Shown here piece by piece: positions 29,971 to 37,074 of a stretch of 64,000 nucleotides of DNA. The notes below the pieces were generated by a model that had not been told where the DNA came from, searched no databases, and saw nothing but the letters and a program-made list of their open reading frames with translations. Source of the stretch: Christensenella sp. UBA1685 (GTDB lineage: Bacteria > Bacillota > Clostridia > Christensenellales > CAG-138); the NCBI GenBank assembly GCA_002320595.1, contig DCKB01000010.1, forward strand, positions 3,305-67,304, in the 5' to 3' direction. Position 1 is the stretch's first letter; every line of letters starts with the position of its first letter. Made by a program: the position numbers and the translations under genes.

Positions 29971-31236
29971 TTATCGTTCCAAGATTGCTTTTACGGTTTC
30001 AACGAATTCCGCAAGCGGTGTTGCCGCCTCTTCGCCCGTCTCCATGTTTTTGAGCTTGATGACGCCGGTTTTCACCTCATCATCCCCGAGGATCGCCACA
30101 AAGCGCGCACCAAGCTTGTCGGCATATTTGAACTGTGCCTTAAAGCTGCGGCCAACATGGTCAAATTCGGCCTTCACGCCCGCATCGCGCAGCGCCTTCA
30201 CAAGGCGCATGCCCTCGCCGCGCGCCGCTTCGCCCATAGCCGCGAGATACACGCCCACGGGTTCGGGCGCAGGAATCTCCCGGAAGCTTTCCGCCACAAG
30301 CAGGAGGCGTTCCATGCCCAAGCCAAACCCAACGCCCGGCATCTTCGGGCCGCCGAGCTGCTCCAGCAGGCAATCATACCGCCCGCCGCCGCAGACCGTC
30401 CCCTTGTATTGCCCCTCGGTTGAAATGATTTCAAAAACGGTCTTTGTATAATAATCCAGGCCCCGCACGATCATCGGGTCGATCATATATGCGATGCCCA
30501 TCGCTGCGAGCGATGCCTTCAGTTCCTCGAAATGCGCCTTGCAGTCATCGCACAGGCAGTCGATCATCTTCGGCGCGCCGGCTGCAATCCTCTTGCACGT
30601 TTCCTCCTTGCAGTCAAGGATGCGCAGAGGGTTCTTTTCAAAGCGCGTCCGGCAAGTCTCGCACAAACCGTCGTAATTCGCCTGAAGATACTCCCTGAGC
30701 TTTGCATTGTATGCCGGGCGGCACTCCGGGCAGCCGATGCTGTTCACGTTGACGGAAAGCCCCCCGATGCCGAGCGTGCGGAACAGGTCGAGCGCAAGCG
30801 CGATGCACTCCGCATCCACGCTTGCGCGCGGCGCGCCATAAACCTCCACGCCAAACTGGTGATGCTCGCGCAGGCGGCCTGCCTGCGGCTTTTCATAGCG
30901 GAACACGGGGCAGTAAAGATAATACAGCTTCGTGGGCTGCGCCTCGTTGAAGAGCTTGGACTCCATAAACATGCGCGCAACGCCTGCCGTCCCTTCCGGC
31001 TTGAGGGTCACGGAACGGTCGCCCTTATCGGTAAAGGTGTACATCTCCTTTTGTACCACGTCCGTGGTGTCGCCCACGCTGCGCAGGAAAAGCTCCGTGT
31101 GCTCAAGCACGGGCGTGCGCGTTTCATGAAAGCCATAGGTCGCGCAGAGTTTGCGGATCAAGCCTTCGATATACTGCCATTTGTAGCTTTCCTTCGGGGT
31201 CACATCCCGCATCCCCTTGGGTATTTGATATTGCAT
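29971..31236 (-). CDS. hisS: Histidyl-tRNA synthetase
   Basis: ORF 29971..31395, trimmed to ATG 31236 (GAGGAG upstream; MQYQIPKGMRDV). RYEKPQAGRLREHHQFGVE...GGGRYD. Confidence 0.96.
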   Translation of the reverse strand: MQYQIPKGMRDVTPKESYKWQYIEGLIRKLCATYGFHETRTPVLEHTELFLRSVGDTTDVVQKEMYTFTDKGDRSVTLKPEGTAGVARMFMESKLFNEAQPTKLYYLYCPVFRYEKPQAGRLREHHQFGVEVYGAPRASVDAECIALALDLFRTLGIGGLSVNVNSIGCPECRPAYNAKLREYLQANYDGLCETCRTRFEKNPLRILDCKEETCKRIAAGAPKMIDCLCDDCKAHFEELKASLAAMGIAYMIDPMIVRGLDYYTKTVFEIISTEGQYKGTVCGGGRYDCLLEQLGGPKMPGVGFGLGMERLLLVAESFREIPAPEPVGVYLAAMGEAARGEGMRLVKALRDAGVKAEFDHVGRSFKAQFKYADKLGARFVAILGDDEVKTGVIKLKNMETGEEAATPLAEFVETVKAILER

Positions 31237-31244
31237 CGTCCTTC

Positions 31245-31497
31245 TCCTCACATAAAAATAAGGGTTTTCCGTTCCTTCTTTCAAAGGGACGGGAAACCCG
31301 CGGTGCCACCCTTGCTTGCGCACATCGCCTGCGCGCCGCTCATGCCCCGTTAACGCCGGGAAATACGACCGCGCCTTATCAGTGCGGCAGCTCACGGGCG
31401 TCCTTCACGCGGTGCGCCGCGGGGCGGCTTTCAGCCACGGCCTGCCCTCTCTTTGCGCTTGCATGCGCGCTACTCTTCCGATCACAGCCTTTTTGCC
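31245..31497 (-). promoter_or_regulatory. Complete T-box riboswitch leader of hisS-aspS
   Basis: Minus-strand RNA contains GATCGGAAGAGTA, AGAGAG, GGCTGAAAG, and a specifier region with CAC and GAC. It also has the T-box sequence AAGGGTGGCACCGCGGG (31297..31313) and the terminator GGGTTTCCCGTCCC...GGAACGGAAAACCC followed by TTATTTTTAT (31252..31299). Confidence 0.85.
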
Positions 31498-31531
31498 ATT
31501 ATAGCCGTGCAGAGAATAATTGTCAACAGGC
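31324..31531 (-). repeat. Direct repeat copy 1 (208 bp: promoter plus 5' part of the T-box leader)
   Basis: Base-by-base match to 33778..33985, with 2 mismatches (31418, 31485). Offset is 2454 bp with no indels. Confidence 0.95.
31498..31526 (-). promoter_or_regulatory. hisS-aspS promoter (copy 1, functional position)
   Basis: Minus strand TTGACA (31521..31526), 17 bp, TATAAT (31498..31503): perfect consensus. Confidence 0.8.
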
Positions 31532-31632
31532 GTTCTAGCCGCTCATCTGCAAGCCTGTAGGAAAGCCCTCCGCTCCTATGCCCTGCCCGCATCGGCGTTC
31601 GTATGAATATACAATATATTTACTCGAAGCCG

Positions 31633-31661
31633 TTGACAGGTGGTGGATGGAATACTAAAAT
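31633..31661 (+). promoter_or_regulatory. Promoter of the cassette operon
   Basis: TTGACA (31633..31638), 17 bp, TAAAAT (31656..31661). AGGAGG lies before ATG 31716. Confidence 0.6.
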
Positions 31662-31715
31662 GAATTTAAATAAATATATTACAAATCTTACTGCAATGCT
31701 CAAAAGGAGGTAAAA

Positions 31716-33023
31716 ATGAAGATCAAGAGATATTTCGCTTGTCTGGTTTTGATTATCGCTGTCCTGTCGACAGGATTTTCAAATGCTTCTTCATCCTTTA
31801 AATGTTCCAATGTTGGTCATCTGCAATTCTACACGTCTCCATCGGTCGAAGCGCCTTCAGGGATTATTTCCGCTGTCAACGAATTCATTGAATACCGATA
31901 TGAGTATTTAGCGTTTAGAACACAACCTTCGAGTTACAGGAGTATCGTTTCAAACAAAAGTATAGTTGCACGGAATTTTTTTGAAATTGAGAATGCACTG
32001 TTATATGCCGAAATGGCTTCTCAAAAAACAAACGGCATTGAATGCTCCTATGCTGACTACAATTTGGAAGTCAATTATTCAAGCATAGAAACCAACGCCT
32101 CAAAAACATCTGCCGAGGTCATTGTATCCGTAACTTGTAATTTTCGCTATAGAATTTCCCCAGAAATCAACTCAGCAAAAGGTAATATATACATTCTGAA
32201 TTTAGAAAAAAACGCTGATGTATGGGAAATTACGAGCAGAAAGAACACGACTTTCTTTGATTCAATAGTTTGGGAGAGTAATGAAGAGCGCACACTTTCC
32301 AAAGCAAATATAATCAAGGAAAGATGTATTGCTAATGCTAAGGCCTATGCCGATAACACGATGGGATATGACGGTTCAGTCATAGAACAAGTTTCAGATA
32401 CATTTAGTACAGAAGCTTCGACCAGTTCCAATTATACTTATTTTTCCAGTTCGAAACGTTCTGCTGCTGCAGCTACTGCCAGAAACTACGTTGCAGCTAG
32501 CGGAGTTAGTGGAACTACATACACATATACTTATCCTGAATCACAATATGCGCAAAATGGCTCTGATTGTACCAACTTTGTTTCATTCTGCTTAAACTAT
32601 GGCGGAGGTATCCCTCAAGATCGTGTTGGTACCTATCAATGGTATCCGGGTAGATCTTGGTGGACAAACGTTGACAAGTTTTACAGTTACCTTATGGGAA
32701 CAAAATCAGAAACCGAAAAAGGGATTGTCGCATCTGTTCATTACAGTGGTACCACTTACCCGAGTGCAACAGTGCTACGTTCTCTTCCACTCGCAAGTAT
32801 CGTTCAGTTTAGTTCTAAACCCTCTAGTGAAAATGATTGGACGCACTCAGCCATCGTAACTTATAGTTTAGAATCCGGAACCACTTATGTATGTATGCAT
32901 AGTGCATATGGTTGGAATTCGCAATGCTTGTTAAGTGAATTCTACTATGATGAATATGTATATAACACAAATTCAAATGGAACTGGGATTCGCTTAATTG
33001 ATATTGAGGGATATTATGCCTAA
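31716..33023 (+). CDS. Secreted protein with C-terminal putative Cys-His amidase domain (PF12671-like)
   Basis: Signal MKIKRYFACLVLIIAVLSTGFSNA. C-terminal GSDCTNFVSFCLNYGGGIP...WYPGRSWW...WTHSAIVTY...VCMHSAYGW. Low GC. Confidence 0.7.
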   Translation: MKIKRYFACLVLIIAVLSTGFSNASSSFKCSNVGHLQFYTSPSVEAPSGIISAVNEFIEYRYEYLAFRTQPSSYRSIVSNKSIVARNFFEIENALLYAEMASQKTNGIECSYADYNLEVNYSSIETNASKTSAEVIVSVTCNFRYRISPEINSAKGNIYILNLEKNADVWEITSRKNTTFFDSIVWESNEERTLSKANIIKERCIANAKAYADNTMGYDGSVIEQVSDTFSTEASTSSNYTYFSSSKRSAAAATARNYVAASGVSGTTYTYTYPESQYAQNGSDCTNFVSFCLNYGGGIPQDRVGTYQWYPGRSWWTNVDKFYSYLMGTKSETEKGIVASVHYSGTTYPSATVLRSLPLASIVQFSSKPSSENDWTHSAIVTYSLESGTTYVCMHSAYGWNSQCLLSEFYYDEYVYNTNSNGTGIRLIDIEGYYA

Positions 33024-33699
33024 TCTGCCGCACCGCAAACGATTGCTCCTTCTGCCCCTCGTATTGCTGCTCTGCGCTTGCGCAGTTTCTCCGAAGAATA
33101 CCCCGTTTGCGGAGCTTTCCTCCCGCGTGGAAGCGGTGCTTCATACGCCCGCAGACGAGCGCAAAGCATATTTCGCATTGCATTATGGCGACCTGCTCCG
33201 CGCCGGCCAGATCGCTTTCCCGGAGGAGTATGCCACCCTTTCCGGAGCGGAAAAAGCAGAAGAATGGGCGGCGAGCCTTGATACTGCTTCCGACTATGAA
33301 GCAACCCTGCTGGCGATCAACCAAGGGGACGCAACGCGGCTGAAGGAAATGGAAGAGAACAGCATCCCTGCCATGTTTTCCAACCATGGCATTACGCTCG
33401 CAGAGCTTGCCTGCTTGGAGGAAGGCGGCACGGCATGGCTATCCTTCGGCCTTTCTGCGGGGGATGCCAGCCTCCCTTCGGAAGCTCCTTCTCTCAAGGT
33501 AAATGGAATACCGCTCCCGTGCGAGCGGTTGCTGCTGGGGCTTGGAACACCCGATTTGAACCCTGCGGAGCTTGGCATTTTCAGAGCAGAATGGCCAAAA
33601 GGGAATCCATCGGGAACAAGCCGCATCGAATTGCGCATCGGAGAGGCCGTATTTGCGTTCGAGTGCGATTGGGACGCACAGCTTTGCAAGTTATCATAA
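33016..33699 (+). CDS. Hypothetical lipoprotein, translationally coupled to the amidase gene
   Basis: ORF 32998..33699, trimmed to ATG 33016 (GAGGG upstream). This ATG overlaps the upstream stop by 8 nt. MPNLPHRKRLLLLPLVLLLCAC signal/lipobox. GC returns to ~55%. Confidence 0.6.
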   Translation: MPNLPHRKRLLLLPLVLLLCACAVSPKNTPFAELSSRVEAVLHTPADERKAYFALHYGDLLRAGQIAFPEEYATLSGAEKAEEWAASLDTASDYEATLLAINQGDATRLKEMEENSIPAMFSNHGITLAELACLEEGGTAWLSFGLSAGDASLPSEAPSLKVNGIPLPCERLLLGLGTPDLNPAELGIFRAEWPKGNPSGTSRIELRIGEAVFAFECDWDAQLCKLS

Positions 33700-33704
33700 A
33701 TGTG

Positions 33705-33766
33705 TGGCGCGCCGCCTCGGCGCGCCATAAAAACCCTCTCATGCCCCGCCATGGGGCTTTTCGTTT
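33705..33766 (+). terminator. Two hairpins ending the cassette operon
   Basis: TGGCGCGCC-GCCTC-GGCGCGCCA (33705..33727), then GCCCC-GCCAT-GGGGC followed by TTTTCGTTT (33743..33766). Confidence 0.6.
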
Positions 33767-33777
33767 ATGTGTTGTGT

Positions 33778-33985
33778 ATCGCCTGCGCGCCGCTCATGCC
33801 CCGTTAACGCCGGGAAATACGACCGCGCCTTATCAGTGCGGCAGCTCACGGGCGTCCTTCACGCGGTGCGCTGCGGGGCGGCTTTCAGCCACGGCCTGCC
33901 CTCTCTTTGCGCTTGCATGCGCGCTACTCTTCCGATCATAGCCTTTTTGCCATTATAGCCGTGCAGAGAATAATTGTCAACAGGC
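33778..33985 (-). repeat. Direct repeat copy 2: orphan promoter plus truncated T-box leader
   Basis: Matches 31324..31531 at 206/208 positions. Lacks the T-box sequence and terminator, which lie outside the repeat. Confidence 0.95.
33952..33980 (-). promoter_or_regulatory. Orphan copy of the hisS promoter, directed into the cassette (antisense)
   Basis: Minus strand TTGACA (33975..33980, overlapping the TGA of the GAF gene), 17 bp, TATAAT (33952..33957). Confidence 0.7.
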
Positions 33986-34432
33986 AAAACACACCTTCTC
34001 GATCTCCCGGGCAACCGCTTCAAGCCCTTCCCTGTCCGCCGCGGTGAAACGCGCAAAATGCGGGCTGTCAATGTCAAGCACGGCAACAACATCCCCCGCC
34101 TTGTTATGAAGCGGAATCACAATCTCGGAATTGGAAGCGCTGTCGCACGCGATGTGCCCGGAAAATTCGTGCACATCCTCAACGCAAACCGTTTCGTTTG
34201 AAGAAAACGCCGTTCCGCACACGCCCGCACCGAACGGGATATGCATGCACGCGGGCTTCCCCTGAAACGGCCCAAGCAGCAGTTCCCCGTTTTTTGCAAC
34301 GTAAAACCCAACCCAGTTGATGCCGCCGAGCGACGCATTCAAAAGCGCGGAAGCGTTGGCAAGGCATGCCACAGTGTCGGTTTCGTCCTCCAGCAAAGCG
34401 CGCATCTGCCGCGCGAGCAAAGCATAGTCCAT
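33977..34432 (-). CDS. GAF-domain protein (free methionine-R-sulfoxide reductase/YebR-like)
   Basis: ORF trimmed to ATG 34432 (MDYALLARQMRALLEDETD). NWVGFY...LLLGPFQGKPACMHIPFGAGVCG...HIACDSASNSEIVIPL pattern. Confidence 0.8.
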   Translation of the reverse strand: MDYALLARQMRALLEDETDTVACLANASALLNASLGGINWVGFYVAKNGELLLGPFQGKPACMHIPFGAGVCGTAFSSNETVCVEDVHEFSGHIACDSASNSEIVIPLHNKAGDVVAVLDIDSPHFARFTAADREGLEAVAREIEKVCFAC

Positions 34433-34454
34433 CGCGTTTTCCTTCTTTCGCTTT

Positions 34455-35921
34455 TCAGCGTATTTCATACAGTCTGCGCTTTTCTTCCGCAAGCCGGTCG
34501 ATCTTTGCGATATATGTCGCTATGTCTTTCGGGTTCGGTATGCGCTCCACACGGCGCTCGGCATCGTAAATGCACTTTGTCATGGCGCCCGCGCCGTGGG
34601 CCATGATGGAGGTCGTGTCCTCCATCATGTCGATGTTATAAACACATTCCTTTCCGGGCAGCGCATAGCCGACGTTCTCCAGATTGCCGCGCATGTATTT
34701 CTGCCGGTACATATAATACGGCCGCATGCCGAGCGCATGCGCAGCCTCCGCGCCGGTTGTGACCATCGCTTCCGCGACGTCCGCCTCCGGCAGCGGATAT
34801 TCGCCCAGCCTTTCCACAAGGCGGGAAGACCGCTTCAATGCAAGCGTATGCACGGTGAGGTTGTCCGGCGCAAGGCGCACGATCTCATCCAGCGTATGGC
34901 GCATGTCGTCCACCGTTTCCCCCGGAAGCCCTGCAATCACATCCATGTTGATCGAAGCAAAGCCCGCCTCCCGCGCCATATGGAAGGCCGTCTTGATTTC
35001 CTCCGGCGTATGGCTGCGGCCAATGAGGCGCAGCGTGCGCTCATTCATGCTCTGCGGATTGATGGAAACGCGCCCCGCGCCTGCCGCACGCAAAACGTTG
35101 AGCTTTTCCTGCGTGATGGTGTCGGGCCGCCCGGCTTCCACGGTCAATTCAACGCCGAAGCCGCCATAAGCGGAAAGCGCGAAATCGAGCAGCCGCCGGA
35201 GCTCCTCCGCAGTGAGCACCGTAGGCGTTCCGCCGCCGAGATACATGCTGCGCACGGTATGCCCAGTGTCCCTTACGATCTCTGCGCCATGCGCAATGTC
35301 CCGCTCCAAGGCCGCAAGGTAGGATGCCATGTCCGTCTTTTCCGTGCGCACGGCGGAGGCAAAGGAACAGTACAGGCAGCGGGAAGCGCAAAACGGAATG
35401 CCGATGTAGACATCCACATCCTCCTTCCGCTGCCCGTGCAGGATGGGCATTTGCACGCCGACGATCTCCGCTGCAAGTGAAAGCTTCTCCTCGGAAACGT
35501 CAAACTCCTCCCGCATCATGCGCATAGCCTCCACTGCGCCTTCGCGTGCAATCAGTTCGCGCAGCAGGCGCGTAGGGCGGATGCCCGTGAGCGAGCCCCA
35601 CGGCAGTTCCAGCCCGGTTGCCGCGCGCATCGCCCGAAACGCCGCAATCTTCACAGCGCGCTTGCGGCAGCGCTTTTCCGCGAGCGCATCGCCTGTCACG
35701 GCCGGGCGTTCATATGTGGAAACAGCCCTTTGCCCGCAGAGGCGCACCTCTGCGCGGGCGCGCCAAAGGCCGCCGTCCTCTTCCAAAACAACGGATACCG
35801 CATCCGCGCAGGAAGCGCCGCAGGCTTCCGCAGGGACGATCTCCTCCATGGCAAGAAACAGCCTGAGCTCGTCCGCAATGTCCGCAAAAAACGCGGGCTG
35901 GTTCGTGTAAAGGCTTACCAT
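34455..35921 (-). CDS. hemZ: HemZ-type oxygen-independent coproporphyrinogen-III-oxidase-like radical SAM protein
   Basis: IGIPFCASRCLYCSF radical-SAM motif in the middle of a ~490-aa protein, then YLGGGTP. ATG 35921 overlaps the upstream stop (ATGGTAA). Confidence 0.75.
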   Translation of the reverse strand: MVSLYTNQPAFFADIADELRLFLAMEEIVPAEACGASCADAVSVVLEEDGGLWRARAEVRLCGQRAVSTYERPAVTGDALAEKRCRKRAVKIAAFRAMRAATGLELPWGSLTGIRPTRLLRELIAREGAVEAMRMMREEFDVSEEKLSLAAEIVGVQMPILHGQRKEDVDVYIGIPFCASRCLYCSFASAVRTEKTDMASYLAALERDIAHGAEIVRDTGHTVRSMYLGGGTPTVLTAEELRRLLDFALSAYGGFGVELTVEAGRPDTITQEKLNVLRAAGAGRVSINPQSMNERTLRLIGRSHTPEEIKTAFHMAREAGFASINMDVIAGLPGETVDDMRHTLDEIVRLAPDNLTVHTLALKRSSRLVERLGEYPLPEADVAEAMVTTGAEAAHALGMRPYYMYRQKYMRGNLENVGYALPGKECVYNIDMMEDTTSIMAHGAGAMTKCIYDAERRVERIPNPKDIATYIAKIDRLAEEKRRLYEIR

Positions 35922-36565
35922 CGCCCTGCGCCCCAATCGCGCATCACAGGGTTGTGCTGCCGCTCGAATTCAAGCGTGGTCTTGCGCATATGCCCCGGGT
36001 ATACATCGTAATCCCCCGCAAGCGGGAACAGCGTGTATGCGATGGATTCATACAGCTCCCGTTCGCTTCCGCCCGCAAGGTCGCTGCGGCCCACGCTCAG
36101 GCGAAACAGCGTGTCGCCCGCAAAGATCATGCGCTCCCGCTCCAACAGATAGCAAACGGAGCCCTTGGAATGCCCGGGCGTATGCAGCACTTTCACCGCG
36201 AAGCCCGCGGCGTCAAGCGTTTCCCCGCCTTGCAGCAGCACGTCTGCCCGGCAGGGGGGAACCTCCATCCCCGCAAACACGGAAAGGCTTGCGCGCTTGC
36301 TGTAAAGCGCCTCCGCATCCTCCGCATGGATGCAGACCCTTGCGCCGAATTCCTTTTGCAGCGCCGCAACGGCAAGGATATGGTCAAAATGCCCATGGGT
36401 GAGCAGGATGTGCGTAGGCTTCACGCCACGATCCGCCATCGTGTCCCGCACGAGCGCAGCATCCGAAGGATCCACGATGAAGCATTCGCCCGCGCGCGCG
36501 CCAAGCATGATGTAAGTGTTGACCTCAAGCGGCCCTGTAAGCAAGGTAATGGGTTGCATGTTCAA
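35915..36565 (-). CDS. MBL-fold metallo-hydrolase
   Basis: LLTHGHFDH...HTPGHSKGS...GD motifs; 216 aa. Confidence 0.85.
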   Translation of the reverse strand: MNMQPITLLTGPLEVNTYIMLGARAGECFIVDPSDAALVRDTMADRGVKPTHILLTHGHFDHILAVAALQKEFGARVCIHAEDAEALYSKRASLSVFAGMEVPPCRADVLLQGGETLDAAGFAVKVLHTPGHSKGSVCYLLERERMIFAGDTLFRLSVGRSDLAGGSERELYESIAYTLFPLAGDYDVYPGHMRKTTLEFERQHNPVMRDWGAGRW

Positions 36566-37008
36566 AACGTCCTTTCACTGTCAAGCAGGATCGTCACCGG
36601 CCCATCGTTGATGAGTGAAACCTGCATGTCCGCGCCGAATTCTCCCGTTTCCACGGGGAGCGCCTCCCGAAGGCGCGCAATCAGCGTCTCGTACAGCGGA
36701 ACAGCCTTTTCCGGCCGTGCCGCGCGGATGAAGCTTGGCCTGCGCCCTTTGCGCGCATCGCCATAAAGCGTAAACTGCGAAACAAGCAAAATGGAACCCC
36801 CGGCATCCAAAATGGAGCGGTTCATCTTGCCCGCCTCATCTTCAAACACACGAAGCCCCAAAAGCTTTTCGCAGATATAATCAAGGTCTTTCTCCGTGTC
36901 ATTTTCCTCAATGCCTAAAAGCACGAGATACCCAATTCCGATTTTCCCCACGGCAGCGCCGCAGATTTCAACCGCTGCGCTGCGCACACGCTGCACGACT
37001 GCGCGCAT
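36562..37008 (-). CDS. dtd: D-aminoacyl-tRNA deacylase
   Basis: MRAVVQRV...[20 protein letters not shown]...[16 protein letters not shown]. Confidence 0.95.
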   Translation of the reverse strand: MRAVVQRVRSAAVEICGAAVGKIGIGYLVLLGIEENDTEKDLDYICEKLLGLRVFEDEAGKMNRSILDAGGSILLVSQFTLYGDARKGRRPSFIRAARPEKAVPLYETLIARLREALPVETGEFGADMQVSLINDGPVTILLDSERTF

Positions 37009-37039
37009 GGCATGCCCTCCTTTACTGCATAAACTGTTG

Positions 37040-37061
37040 AAAAGCGGGGGCCCGCTTTTTT
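37040..37061. terminator. Short hairpin terminator after relA
   Basis: AAAAGCGGGGGCCCGCTTTTTT; short stem, so weak. Confidence 0.45.
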
Positions 37062-37074
37062 GAAGGGCCGTGCC

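Larger units (their letters stand above)
31532..33777. other. Inserted two-gene cassette between the leader repeats (no recombinase, no terminal inverted repeats seen)
   Basis: Bounded by the 208-bp direct repeats. Left ~1.5 kb is AT-shifted (sampled lines 38-40% GC). Has its own promoter and terminators. Confidence 0.6.

Noticed and set aside
31316-31504. 62-aa ORF, and its near-identical twin at 33767..33958, which look like a duplicated small protein.
   Set aside because: Both are plus-strand read-throughs of the minus-strand T-box leader repeat. The similarity reflects the DNA repeat, not a protein family.
33706-33726. Two GGCGCGCC (AscI) sites 13 bp apart, which could hint at an engineered construct.
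   Set aside because: The two sites simply form the arms of a terminator-like hairpin in GC-rich DNA. No vector-like sequence, marker gene or other cloning scar is nearby.
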